Shown: positions 11,218 to 24,528, numbered from the stretch's first letter. The stretch is DNA of 64,000 nucleotides from Malacoraja senta (GCA_038087875.1 CM075998.1:6388001-6452000); one strand, 5' to 3'. Program-made: numbers and translations. The notes: generated by a model not told the origin, from the sequence alone.

Positions 11218-14200
11218 CTATAACATCTGCCCCTCCCTCAACTCATCTAATTCTGAAATCCTTCTATGCCTTTATAATTCTTAGACATAATCTTCCAGCG
11301 TTTCTCAGGCTGACCTTCCACCTTACACATGAAGTGTCTATCTGAAACTCTGATGCCTGTGCTTTAACACATGCCGGCTTTCATCCTTCCATAATCTTCT
11401 TTGGCACTTGGTCAAGCAATGCCCCGATTTTGAAGTTTTCTCCTTGTCTAAAAATGTTTCCATGAAATTGTCCTCCCTATATTTGTAACCTCCAGTTCCA
11501 CATTTTAAAAAAATCTGCATTCCATTCGTCTGACCTTTCTTACTTTAGTGTCGAGATACAGGGTGGAGATACAGGGTGGAAACACCAAATCCCACTTTCA
11601 CATCCTACACACCAGGGGCAATTTACAGAAGCCAATAAACCTAAAAACACGCACGTCTTTGGAATGTGGAAGGAAACCGGAGCACCTGGGGAAAACCCAC
11701 GGTCACAGGGAGAATGTACAATCTCCGCACAGACAGCACCCAAGGTCAGGATTGAACCCGGGTTTCTGGCACTGAGGCAGCAGCTCTAGCACTGTGCCAC
11801 TGTACCACCCTTGCATCCCTGATTTTGACCACTCTCCACCAGCAGTGCTGGGGTCTATAGCTACCCAGCTTGTGATCAGAATTCCCTCACCAAACCTCTG
11901 TGTGTTCTCTTATTTAAAATTTAGCTGAATGCATCTCCCTTTGACCAACCCTTTGGTTCATATCATGATGGCTCTCAGGGGGAAACCAGGAGAACATTTT
12001 AAAGGACTTAGACATAAAAAGCTGGAGGAACTCAGTGGGAATGCTGCCTGTCCCACTGAGTTAGTGTCTATCTTCAGTTTACACCAGCATCTGCAGTTCC
12101 TCCCTACACATTTTAAAGGATTTGCTGCATTTCCAACCAGGTGTTTGATTAATCAGTATCTCAGGTCGCCCATCCATTACTCTTCTACATAATCCAATCA
12201 TGTGCCTCAGTGAATATCAGATCAAATTGGTTTACTGTTGTGCTAGAAACATACATGATTCTATAGCTGAAACTCAGCAGAGATCTCCCCATTGATCCTG
12301 TAAACATTAACAACATTTGTGCTTTTAATTTTTCCTAATTGGTTAATGTCTACTTGTTTTAAAAATAAGTTGAAGGTAAACACGATTTTCAAAATAGAAA
12401 ATTAGCTCATCATTTCAGAGAAGTGCAAGAAGACATGCAAAGGTATTAAGAGGGGTTGTGGAATTCATGGCCACTGACTGCTGTGGAGGCCAAGTCAATG
12501 GATATTTTTAGGCGGAGATTGACAGATTCTTAATTAGTACGGGTGTCAGGGGTTATGGGGAGAAGGCAGGAGAATGGAGTTGAGAGGGAAAGATGGATCA
12601 GCCATGATTGAATGGCAGAGTAGACATGATGGGCCAAATGGCCTAATTCTGCTCCTAGAACTTATGAACTAGATTTTGATGCCTCTTAGCGTGCAGCACC
12701 AGTATGCTATAAATATTTCCTAATCCCTCTGGTTTAAATTTACATAGCCGAAACTCAGTAGAGATCTCCCCATTGATCCTGTAAACATTAACATAATTTG
12801 TGCTTTTAATTCTTCCTAGTAGGTTAATGTCTACTTATTGAGAGCTTATGAGGGGTATAGGCAGATGAGTTTTACGAGATGTTTCAAGCCGAGAAGTGGC
12901 AGAGAAGGGGAAGCGTTTTGGCAATAGATTCCAAATAGCAGAAAGCTTGATTGTCAACGGCAGGGCAAAAGAAGGGGAAATGGACAGGCCAAAGAAACCT
13001 AAAGGCATAAGGGAGAAAGACCATTAAGATAGAAATAGGTATAAGGGGAGGTAGATAGAAGAGACTAGATAGAGACACTCTTTACAGATTTACCTGTACA
13101 AACCTCCATAAGGAGAGGAATGGAGAGATTTTGAGAATTTTCTGGTTTTGTTCAGCCAGAAAACGCTCGTAATCCATCAATATAAACAGCACAATGCATT
13201 TGGGCTTTTGATGAATGAACTCCTGACTTTAATATTTTCAGCAGCAGTGTGTCCCAGATAATAGGAACCTGAAATAAGATTTAATAAGAACCTGAGGGGT
13301 AACTTTTTTTACACAAAAGGTAGTGGATGTATGGAACGAGCTACCAAAGGAGGTAGTTTAGGCAGGTACTATCGCAACATGTAAGAAACAATTAGACAGG
13401 TACATGGATAGGATAGGTTTAGAGGGATAGAGGGAAACACAGGCTGGTAGGACTAGTATAGATGGAACAAGTTGGTCAGTGTGGGGAACTTGGGCTGAAG
13501 GGTCTGTTTCCACGCTGTATGACTCCATGACTATAACTTTATAATATAAAGACAGAAAGATTGTGCTGGAAGGATGAGAGAGAGAAACTCCAGGAACAGA
13601 AAGTGTTAAAATGTATCCTTCTGGCATTGTAGGTGATTGATTAATGGTGATCAATAAGTACAATTATTTAAAAACAAATGTAACTTAAACATTTCCAATA
13701 ATAGGTCAAAATCAAAGGCAGTTACCTTTTATGTTATTCATGAGATGAATGTGTGCATTGTATTAAAATCTGCCACATACAGGGGCTCTGATGTTGTGGG
13801 TTGTATTGGAACATAACTGTGGCACATTATTATCATCATAAAAGGCTACAAATACCTAAAAATGAGAAGGGAAAGCTTCTTCCAGAAGCTTAGTACCACG
13901 AGCACTCAACGGAAAAGGAATATAAATACCTTTGGGCCGTGTCCCATAAAATAAATATCATAGCCTGCTATATCCCTCTATTTGTGGAGGCTGGTACTGA
14001 CATACTATTTTATCCCGATGCAGAAAGTTTTTACTGTTCACATCTACTTTTCATCCTCGTGAATATTTGCAGCTCTTCCTTGAGATGAACAAAATCAGCA
14101 AATACAAAAAAAACTATGTTCAAGGGCATTCAGGTTAGCACAGTTGTGCAGCGGTAGAGTTGTTGCCTTACGGCACCAGAGACCCAGGTTCAATGCTGAC

Positions 14201-17200
14201 TGCGGGTGCTGTCTGTACAGAGTTTGTACGTTTTCCCTGTGACCATGTGGGTTTTCTCCATGTGCTCCAGTTGCCTCCCACACTCCAAAGATGTACGGTT
14301 TGTAGGTTAATTGGCTTCGGTACAATTGTAAATTGTCCCTAGGGTGTAGGATAGTGCTATTGTACGTGGTGATCGCTGGTTGGTGCGGATTCGGTTGGCT
14401 GAAGGGCCTGTTTCCGGCGCTGTATCTCTAAAGTCTAAAAGTCTAAATGATAAAATTAGGTGGGAAATTTAACTTCCCACAGTTACAGAATGAATGAATA
14501 CGTTTATTGGCCAAGTATTCACATACAAGGAATTTGCCTTGGTGCTCCGCCTACAAGTAACAACATGACATACAGTGACAGTTAGGAATGACACATAAAA
14601 CATTAAACATTAATAATAAAACATTATCATGTGAATGAAACAAACATGTGAACTAAATAAAATACCAGAGCAAAACGAGGCTAATCTTTGTAGGGTTTTC
14701 ACAGACGACACAAACGGACAAACACATACAAAACAGCAAGGAGCAGTACACCGTGGCAGCCATCGTCGGCACCAGCCAGAGTTAACAAACCAATCACAGA
14801 CCGTCTTCCTTCCAGTGATTGGAAGCTGTAATTGGAAAGGATTCAGCACAGGCAGGCTGTAACTCCACATATCACCATGATAAAAGCTAACTGTATGAAG
14901 CCTACAAATTAAGTTGACTTGTTGCAATCCATCATCTCCGGTGAATGCAGGTGGAGACTGCACTCAGTCCCAGCTGATATTCAATTAAACACCCATTTAC
15001 ACCAAAAGAGAATGAGAGTCCGCCTTGGCAGTCTGGTCTGCTCTTGTTGAGACTACATTGCAGACTACACCAGGTGGAGTCTGCAATGTGAAGTAATTAC
15101 CAGAGTCAATAGAGCACATTATAGCTGCACGCGGCGTCTTTCTGCAGCTGATCCTGTCCACAGCTTTTAAACTCTGAGGCAGTGCAAGGTTTTTAATTCA
15201 TGCGTGCAATCCGCACAAAAAAATGTCAGCATTGGAAGTAGCAAGCATTTCATGCTCCTTTTCAAAAACAGAGCACAATTTAATTCCACTTTTTAAATCT
15301 CCCACTTTGGAATTTCCTGGCGTTGTGGGCCAACACCCACTGAGAAGTCGGGAAGGAGTCTGCTCCAGGTCTCCTTTAGATGCCACCAGGGACTCAACAA
15401 GAGCAGACCAGACTGCCAAGGCGGACTCTCATTCTCTTTTTGTTAGGAAACATATGGCTTCCTGTTGGCATCTTTCCACAGGGAAGTGGATGAGATTGAT
15501 AGCGTAGTACGCAGTACATTGCTTTTGGGTATGAACTCTGTGTTCCACCAGATCATGACGCAGAATGGTCCGTTTGAAGACACACATTTCTGGGCCATGT
15601 CTAATCTGTGCTTTGAATGTTTTCTCACACTGAGATGGAAACCGTTTCCATTGCAGGGTTGCCAACATCACTTGAAGGCACTTATGTCAAGGGACAACTT
15701 AACTTTTCATTTTACCTCTGGTGTTTCAGTTTTTATTGCAAAACATAGGTGGACAAGATTATGTAGAAATCATCCTTACCATAATGTTGACACAAGGATC
15801 TGCAGATGCTAGTTTACAAAAAAAAACACAAAGCACTGTCTATCTCATTGAAGATTCTCAGACTACCTTTAATCTGATTTTACTGGACTTCATTTAGCGC
15901 TAAACGTTATTCCTTTTATCATATATCTGTACACTGTGAACAGCTCGATTGTAGTCATGTATAGTCTTTCCGCTGACTGGATAGCACCAAACGAAAAGCT
16001 TTTCACTATACCCAAGACAATAAACTAAACTAAACAATACTAAACATACTCAGCGGGTTAGGCAGCATCTGTGGAGGGAATGGATTGGCAACATTGAGTC
16101 AGGATCCTTCTTCAGACTGATTCAGTCAGTCCTGAACTGCAATGTTTCCTATCCATGTCTTCCAGAGATGCTGCCTGACACGCCGAGTTACTCTACCACT
16201 TTGTGTTTTTCTTCCTTGCTGTAATGCCAACTGCATTCCCCATTCCTTCTATCAAGGGAGTCTGAAGAAGGGTCCTGACCCAAAACGCCACCCATTCCTT
16301 CTCTCCAGATATGCTGCCTGTCCCGCTGAGTTACTCCAGCATTCTGTGTCTACTTCAATGTAAACCAGCATCAGCAGTTCCTTCCTACACACACTGTCTG
16401 TCTATCTGCACCATACCAGACCCATTACAGGTTACCTGATTTTACCTGGGGTGATGTTACAGCCACAGCTCCCTTACCTGAAGGCCAAATTAATGTGGCT
16501 GGAAAATGTATCAGTGAATGTTGGATAAAGACAATGTTGGGAGGAGGGGAGGCAACGATGGAAAGGGAAAGGAAAGTCACAAACATTTCCACAATATAAA
16601 GCAGGCTTCCCGATGAGACAATATAAATTTAAACCAGAGGGATTAGGAAAGATGTTCTTAGTCTGCAGCATGGTGTCCTTCCGCTTATCAACATGCAATA
16701 AAGAAGCCACATTGTGAATAACTATCACTGTAATGCAGTAGAGCTCCCTCTCTGGCAACCTTCCAGCCATAGATAGTAAATATACCACAGAGGTGTAAAT
16801 TTAGTCCAAATTCCAAAGAATTGGTTCTTCTCTGGAATCTAACAATAATGCAATGTGCTCCCAAGCCAGTTGCCTGCCTCAGTGGAAAATATTGATTTGC
16901 TTCCAATACAGGACTGCTACCAGCAAGCGCACTACTTTTTTGGACAAAAGCATTTCCCTTTCAGCTTGCTTCCCTTGGGCGGAGCAAGGCAATGCACAAC
17001 AGAAAAATCAAACGCAGGCCAAATATGGCTGACCATCCACATGTTGGCAGATGGAATGTAATAGATATTTCCTGCTGAGGACTTTCTCAGATATGTTTAC
17101 ATTGTTCTGCGTATTAACCCCCTTCCCATCGGGGATTTTGCAAAGTCCTGCTGATAAATAGCAAACAGAGACAGGCTCCCAGGCCTTCTGCTCCAACTTC

Positions 17201-17634
17201 AGAAGCTGGTTAGTTCTCCAAACGTAAATAATACTATCTTTGCAGAGGATTTTATTTATTAATGCGAGTCAATGAGTACATCAGATGTATAGGAAATGGA
17301 TGCCCTCAGGGGTCTACTGGGAGCATCCTCCAAATCCCCAGTCAAGCCAGAGAACAATCAATGGTCTGAAGAATCGGAGCGAGCCACAGTACACAATTAC
17401 AGAAAACAGCAGAAAGCATAGTTCCATGTGTGTTTACTTTACTTGCTTTTCCCGTGGTTTAGCCTTTCATGTTTTGTAATGGTGCATCCAGCAAACATAT
17501 TAAGCAGTATCAGTCTCAGAAAGCATTATTAGTTGTTACTAAAGAATAATACTCTTCTGGGCAGGTACACCTTGTGACAATAATCCTGCCATGTAGATAT
17601 GTTTTATTTAAACCCTGCATCACACAATAGTGTT

Positions 17635-17834
17635 NNNNNNNNNNNNNNNNNNNNNNNNNNNNNNNNNNNNNNNNNNNNNNNNNNNNNNNNNNNNNNNNNN
17701 NNNNNNNNNNNNNNNNNNNNNNNNNNNNNNNNNNNNNNNNNNNNNNNNNNNNNNNNNNNNNNNNNNNNNNNNNNNNNNNNNNNNNNNNNNNNNNNNNNNN
17801 NNNNNNNNNNNNNNNNNNNNNNNNNNNNNNNNNN
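17635..17834. other. Assembly gap (200 N)
   Basis: Run of N of fixed length. Confidence 1.
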
Positions 17835-18009
17835 CGGCGCATCTGTAGAAGTTGGTGAGAGTTGTTTGGGACATGCCAAACTTCCTGGGCCACAACTTCA
17901 TTGTGGCCTTGGCATTGGCACTAGTGGGCAGCATGTGAGCGGGCAAGGCGTAGGCAGGCTGTGCTGCCCTCAGTGAGTTGCTAGAGATTGCTGTAAACGG
18001 AATCCTTAC

Positions 18010-18085
18010 CTTGCGATAGTTTCGCCTTCAACACTTTGGGAACATTTTCCCGTATGTAAGAGTAACTCTTCATCGCTAATCGAAG
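18010..18085 (-). CDS. SOAT2: SOAT2 (ACAT2) coding exon 7 (last visible), 76 nt
   Basis: ccacag|CTT...CAAG|gtaagg; LRLAMKSYSYIRENVPKVLKAKLSQ; MKSYS is SOAT2-type (SOAT1 has MKAHS). Confidence 0.9.
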
Positions 18086-18164
18086 CTGTGGTTAAAACAC
18101 AAACAATGATCCATTGCCCCAACCACTCGGTGTGCTACAATAATTGGAATGATCCTTGGAAAGG

Positions 18165-18500
18165 CCTAGATTGAGCGGATGTGGAGAGGATGTTCCCACT
18201 AGTGGGAGAGTCTAGGACTAGAGGTCATAGACTCAGAATTAAAGGATGTTTATTTAGGAAGATGAGGAGGAATTTCTTCAGTCAGAGGGTGGTGAATCTG
18301 TGGAATTCTTTGCCACAGACGGCTGTGGAGGCCAAGTCAATGGATATTTTTAATGCGGAGAAAGACTGATTCTTGATCAGTACAGGTGTCAGGGGTTATA
18401 GGGAGAAGACAGGAGAATGGAATTAGGAGGGAGAAATAGATCAGCCATGATTGAATGGCAGAGTAGACTTGATGGGCCGAATGGCCTAATTCTGCTCTTA
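18165..18500 (+). mobile_element. HER1/CR1-like LINE 3' fragment (similar at about 5170-5295, 12450-12670, 13275-13530, 20605-20905, 24710-25010, 48600-49215)
   Basis: ERMFPLVGESRTRGH...FFSQRVVNLWNSLP, typical CR1 ORF2 C-terminus, plus the shared 3' UTR. Confidence 0.85.
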
Positions 18501-18531
18501 GAAGTGATGAACTGTGAGCTGCATGTAATAC

Positions 18532-18814
18532 CTGTTCCAAGATCACAATGAACCTCGAGGCTGGGGGCAACTGGTGATGAATCACGGTGTAGATAGGGTA
18601 GATTCCAAGGACGCAGACTTGGCACGCGACCAGCACCAAGCCCAGGGCCAGGGTGGCGAGGCGAGGGTATCTGGCCAGCGGGTACAAGCTGCCCCACATG
18701 TCTAGAGCTTTGTAGGGCACAGTCAGCGTGTAGAGGAAGAGGCAGATCCAGGTGACAAACACCCTGGGGAATTTGCCAAAGGCGTACACCAGCATATCAA
18801 AGTCTAGGATGAGC
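18532..18814 (-). CDS. SOAT2: SOAT2 coding exon 6, 283 nt
   Basis: tttcag|G CTC...CAG|gtatta; LILDFDMLVYAFGKFPRVFVTW...PYKAL...HQLPPASRFIVILEQ, MBOAT/SOAT transmembrane region; phases match both neighbours. Confidence 0.92.
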
Positions 18815-19877
18815 CTGAAAGGGGAAAATAAAGAAGGTCAACTCCTATCCCCAAACCGCTCGGCTCACACAATACAAGCGAGGCTGTTGTCAAACATGTA
18901 GGACTTGCACATTCTGTTATGCCACATATAAACCCCCAAACCCTTCACTGACATCCCAGCCTGGAACCCACTCCCACAGATCTGCTTTTAGTTCAGGAAG
19001 GAACTGCAGATGTTGGTTTAAACCGAAGGTAGACACAAAGTGCTGGAGTAACTCAACGGGACAGGCAGCATCTCTGGAGAGAAGGAATGGGTGACATTTC
19101 GCTTCCCCCCGACTCTTAATCTGAAGAAGGGTCTCGACCAGGAACGTCGCCCGTTCCTTCTCTCCAGAGATGCTGCCTGTCCCGCTGAGTTACTCCAGCA
19201 TTTTGTGTCTATCTTCTGCTTTTAGTTTAATTTAGTGTAGAGATACAGCATGGAAACAGGCCCTTCGGCCCGCCCAGTCCGGGCCGACCAGCCATCACCG
19301 CACACTCACACTATCCTACACAACTAGGGACAATTTACAATGATACGAAGCTAATTAACGTGTTTGGAGTGTGGGAGGAAACCGAAGTTCCCGGAGAAAA
19401 CCCACACAGTCACAGGGAGAACGTACAAACAGCACCCGTAGTCAGGATCTCTGGTGCTGTAAGGCCGCAACTCTACCGCTGTGCCACCGAGCCTGTAACC
19501 CACTCCTGGTGATCTGTATATAAACCAAACCCCTTTCTCCTTGACCCATTTGATCAGGTGCCTGCCACGCACTCACTTGGGGCACGGCAGCTCCGCCAGG
19601 CTTGGCAGGTGGACTTAGGCTTATCTGATGCAACGCTGTCCAAAGATGCCAAGGGATTGCCCTGCCCTTTGCCCGCATGGACTCTTCGGACTCGGAGGCA
19701 GCGGTGAATCACAGACCGGAGGCGGCATCGGCCGCACCAGGGACCCCCTGCCAGGAAGGGCGCTGAGCTCAGCCGGTGGGCACCAGCGTGCCACCCAATG
19801 CTCTGGCATGGCGTGCTGGGAGCCCAGTGCGGGGTCTCTGTGTATGGGTCGCCCGCCACAACGGTCGGCGCTCTCAC

Positions 19878-19985
19878 CTTCCCTCGTCAATGAACTCGAC
19901 CGCCATGGTACTGACAACGAAGACGATGAAGAGGGCGATGAACATGTGGTATATCGTCTGAATGTGCGGGTTCTCAAACAGCTCG
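19878..19985 (-). CDS. SOAT2: SOAT2 coding exon 5, 108 nt
   Basis: ttcccag|C GAG...GGA AG|gtgaga; [35 protein letters not shown](R); TIYHMFIA is a SOAT hallmark. Confidence 0.93.
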
Positions 19986-20117
19986 CTGGGAAAGAAAAAG
20001 CCCAGTGAGTATATTGACACAGCGAGTAGCACCCCAGTACCGTGTTCCCATCAACCCCACTAACCCAGCCCGCTCTCCCACTAAGGACGACCTTGATACC
20101 TCTGATCTGCATTCAGA

Positions 20118-20415
20118 CTGAATGAATGAATAAGTTTATTGGCCAAGTATTCACATACAAGGAATTTGCCTTTGTTGCTCCGCCCACAAGTGACAACATG
20201 ACATACAGGGACAGTTAGGAATGACACATAAAACATTAAACATTAATAATAAAACATAACCAATGTGAATTAAGTAAAGTACCAGAGCAAAAGGAGGCTA
20301 CAGATTTTTGGTTATTGCGTAGAGCTACTACTCGTGGGGAAAAAAACTGTTTTTATGTCTGGCTGTGGCAGCTTTGACAGTCCGGAGTCGCCTTCCAGAG
20401 GGAAGTGATTCAATG
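20118..20415 (-). mobile_element. Rex1/Babar-like LINE 3' end with (ATTC)n tail (similar at about 14488-14690)
   Basis: Encodes ...LPSGRRLRTVKAATARHKNSFFP; same 3' UTR as the Rex1-like copy at 38880-39520. Confidence 0.7.
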
Positions 20416-22314
20416 AGTTTGTGCACTGCCAAGTTCCAGGCATGGCACAGGGACAGCATTCCCATTGCCCTTGCCAAAAGGCTGCCTGCTTCCTGCCCTG
20501 CTTTCAGCATTGGAACGCCAGCACCAGGCTTGCAGTGCAGTGTCCACTGCATTCCTCTCATACCTCGACTTTTCCTCCGCCCTGAATCTCAATCTGAAGA
20601 AAGCATGGATGTGGAGAGGATGTTTCCACTAGTGGGAGAGTCTACGACCAGAGGAAACAGCCTCAGAATTAAAGGACGTACCCTTAGGAAGATGAGAACT
20701 TTCTTTACTCAGAGGGTGGTGAATCTGTGGAATTCTTTGCCACAGACGGCTGTGGAAGCCAAGTCAATGGATATTTTTAAGGTGGAGATTGATAGATTGT
20801 TGATTAGTACGGGTGTCAGAGGTTATGGGGAGAAGGCAGGAGAATGGGGTTGAGAGGGAGAGATAGATCAGCCATGACTGAATGGCGGAGTAGACTTGAT
20901 GGGCCGTTTGAAGTGATGTGCTAACTGGCGACCCAGTGCAGGGGGACCACCGTGAGGGGAGAACAAAGGAGGACCCAGCATGGGGTACTTTGTATCTTTG
21001 TCAGTCGGCGCCCTTTATGTGGCCACTATTTACATACCTTGGGAATGCAAGCAAAGAATTCACTGTGACTTGTCACATGTAACAATCAAGTATCATTTAT
21101 TCATTCACCAACAGTTTGCTTTACACAGACAACAGGAGCAATCTCCCTTTGATTTTTGTTGTTTGCGGTCAGATCTTGGTCTGTTTGCGCAGCAGCTATT
21201 ATGCAGCAAGTCAAACGGTCTTCAACCTAAAACACTGGCTGTTTCTTTCTCCATAGACGCTGATTGTTTCTGTTTTTAGTTCTGATTTTTTAGCATCTGC
21301 CGCTTCTTTCTTCTGTGAGCTGGTTGCCCAGTGTTAGGACCCTTGCTTCCGTCTGCCCGGCTGCCTGAGGCCCAGGGTCCGTGGGTACAGGCGTGCCTGG
21401 GTATTGCAGGTGCTGTGCCGTGCACACCGGCATCTCCTTGGATCACCGATACGCAGTCGAGCTGGGAAAGCCGGGATTGCAGGACTGCTCCCACTTGCAT
21501 TTCTAGCAGCAGTCTAGTGTAACGTCCGAGCAGGCAGCTGGGAGAGGATGGAGCTGTCTCGGCAGCCTAAGGAGGCGGTAAGTGATTGGGGTGGAGGTCG
21601 CTGCCGCTCGCTGGCACGGGCTGCACTTGGTCAAGTGCCCGGTAAAACGGAACGTCAGTTCCCATTGCGCTCTGCACACTTTGACCAAGGTACCCCACAC
21701 TGTCTGAACGTGCATGTACAATAAAATGCAAGCGTGGACCGATGCAGGGAGTATCTCTCCGAGGCCCTCATCCCACCTCTATGTAGGGACGCTTGGGAGA
21801 TGACCATCCGTAACTCCGGGTGATGCAGTCGAGTATAAGATCGATCGACTGATCAAATGGTGCCAGAACAACCACCTACCAACAACCCCAACCCAGTCAT
21901 CCTGCTAGTTTCATTGTTCGCATCCCTTCATTATCACCTCTCAGCTCTTGGGGCTAATGGAATCAAGGGTTATGGGGGGAAAAGCTGGAACGGAGTATTG
22001 ATTTCGGATGATCTGCCATGATCATATTGAATGGCAGTGCTGGCTGATGCAAGGAAGAATTTCATTGTTCTATTTTGGGATATATGGGAATAAACCACTC
22101 TTGACTCTTGTCTTTAATGCTGCCTCTCTTTCTCTCGGCAACGCGCTGCACTTACACTGAGAATCAGCACTTTGAAGGGGTTCTGCAATTAGTCCCCCAA
22201 TCCTGGTCTAAACTGTGGTCTGGGTATTTATCCAATCGGGCGGCACAGTGGCGCTCCACACAGTAACACTGTACAGAGTAATACGGTACAAAATGACACT
22301 GTGTACAGTAACTA

Positions 22315-23355
22315 TAGGTATGTTACAATACTTACCTTTAGCGGCGCTGCAATTCTGCCACTGGCCGTGTGCGCGACTTTGGCGCCTTTGAGGGGGGGGC
22401 GGGGTTAAAACACGGGTTTCTCCTACCTTGTCCTGAATTATTTTTCGTTGGAGTGCAAGCTTTTGCTGAAGAATCGTTCCGACGGGCGTTTTGTGTATTT
22501 TTTATTTTTATTCGCCCGACAAGTTCAGCGCTGGAGTTATTTTAAAATCAGCTCCTAAAGCCGTCAACGCCGACAACGGGGACGGATTTCACGCACGGGA
22601 CAGGTAAACGAAAGCAGTTTATTTTATGTATAAAAGTGCTTCTTAAGAGGCCTTTAATTCACATTTTTAAATGCGAAACGGTGATTCTTTTCCCCGAACT
22701 AACGGCAGTATTTTTCATGCCAATACGGGGTTAAATTCACCGCAAATCAACGTTCCAAATGATCGCGTTCCAGAAAAACCCACTCGCAAGATGATTTAAA
22801 TGCCCATTAATTTACAGGTATTAAACATTATATTTCCTTCCATTTGGCCTATAAATCCATGACAATGAGATTTAAAAATTATGTTATATTGTGAATTCTT
22901 GTGTGAATGTTATTTGGACACTTAGGCTATTTAAAAATGTTAATCTATTCTTAAGAAATTGATAGATGTTTAGATCTAGTAATTGAATTTTGTAATTAGC
23001 TACAATTAGGTAACTAACTAATTATATGCATTAATTTCATGTCATCTAAGTAAGATTGTTTCATATTTGTTTCAGAATGCTTCAATCTATAATAACTGAA
23101 AATTTCTTTCAGCTCTTAATTTGTAAGAAAGTTATGGGCTTTTGACTGTCCTCGATCACAGCTTTTGTGTTAAGTCAATGGAATAGCAATAGGGAACTAG
23201 ATGCTAATTTCCGAGTATGAAAATTGCCATAACTTTTTTAATACTGAAGATATGAAAGTTAATTAGGTGTCAAATTAAACGTCTTTTTATGCTTTATCTG
23301 ATGGGATAAATTACAGACTTGATTTTTTAAATCTCAAAATTTTGTAACATTGCTA
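22315..23355. mobile_element. Non-autonomous DNA transposon with 7-bp TSD; copy 2
   Basis: Same termini as 10161-11217; TSD GTAACTA at 22308-22314 and 23356-23362. Confidence 0.9.
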
Positions 23356-23362
23356 GTAACTA

Positions 23363-24050
23363 TACACCGTAACACTGCTCACAGTAACACTGTACACACA
23401 GTAACACTGTACACACAGCAACACTGTACACACAGTAACACTGTACACACAGCAACACTGTACACACAGCAACACTGTACACACAGTAACTGTACACACA
23501 GTAACACTGTACACACAGCAACACTGTACACACAGCAACACTGTACACACAGCAACACTGTACACAGTAACACTGTACACACAGTAACTGTACACACAGT
23601 AACACTGTACACACAGCAACACTGTACACACAGCAACACTGTACACACAGCAACACTGTACACACAGTAACACTGTACACACAGTAACACTGTACACACA
23701 GCAACACTGTACACACAGTAACTGTACACACAGTAACACTGTACACACAGCAACACTGTACACACAGCAACACTGTACACACAGCAACACTGTACACACA
23801 GTAACACTGTACACACAGTAACACTGTACACACAGCAACACTGTACACACAGCAACACTGTACACACCGTAACACTGTACACACCGTAACACTGTACCCA
23901 GTAACACTGTACACAGTAACACTGTACCCAGTAACACTGTACACAGTAACACTGTACCCAGTAACACTGTACCCAGTAACACTGTACCCAGTAACACTGT
24001 ACACAGTAACACTGTACACTACTCCAGAACGCTATACACAGTAACATTGC
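23363..24050. repeat. Minisatellite, 17-bp unit ACAG(T/C)AACACTGTACAC with 15-bp variants
   Basis: Tandem array seen directly; a few degenerate units also lie left of the transposon (22258-22310). Confidence 0.97.
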
Positions 24051-24111
24051 TCACAATAAAACAACGACACAGTAACCCTGTACATGCAACAGTTATACCT
24101 TCTGTACTTAC

Positions 24112-24171
24112 TCGAGGATCGAGCATCGATTCACAAAGACTTTTCCTTTCAATGTTGCAACGTTCTTGCCC
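24112..24171 (-). CDS. SOAT2: SOAT2 coding exon 4, 60 nt
   Basis: cccaag|G GGC...CTC GA|gtaagt; GKNVATLKGKVFVNRCSIL(D), compare SOAT GKIFIARRSLLD / KVFIIRKSLLD; phases 2/2 fit. Confidence 0.88.
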
Positions 24172-24279
24172 CTTGGGACAAATATGATGTTATTAACACC
24201 AAACCCACCTCGTCAACAATAATTAACTGATACTCTGTACAAGATACTAATGGGAAGATTTAACATGACATTTTTTTCC

Positions 24280-24492
24280 TTATATATGTGCATGTGCGTG
24301 TACGTACATGCATATATACACAAATATATACACAAATATATACACACACACACATATGTAGACATGTATGTACACACATATAAACAAACAATAATAGTGC
24401 AGACAAAAAGGTATATGTATGTATGTATATATATGTGTGTGTGCGTGTACATATATGTGTAGGTGTACATATGTGTGCGTGTGTATATATGC
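24280..24492. repeat. Mixed (CA/TA/TG)n low-complexity microsatellite
   Basis: Alternating purine-pyrimidine dinucleotides. Confidence 0.9.
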
Positions 24493-24528
24493 AACTTTTT
24501 TGTTTGTTTATGATGGTGTTTACACAGT

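Noticed and set aside
14870..15200. Possible conserved non-coding element in the SH3RF3 intron
   Set aside because: Non-repetitive appearance only; cannot be supported without alignments.
17516..17976. ORFs spanning the N gap
   Set aside because: Artefacts of translating Ns.
23350..24047. Long Cys/Val/Thr-rich ORFs (VCTVLLCVQC..., TQQHCTHSN...)
   Set aside because: Translations of the 17-bp minisatellite, open in several frames at once.
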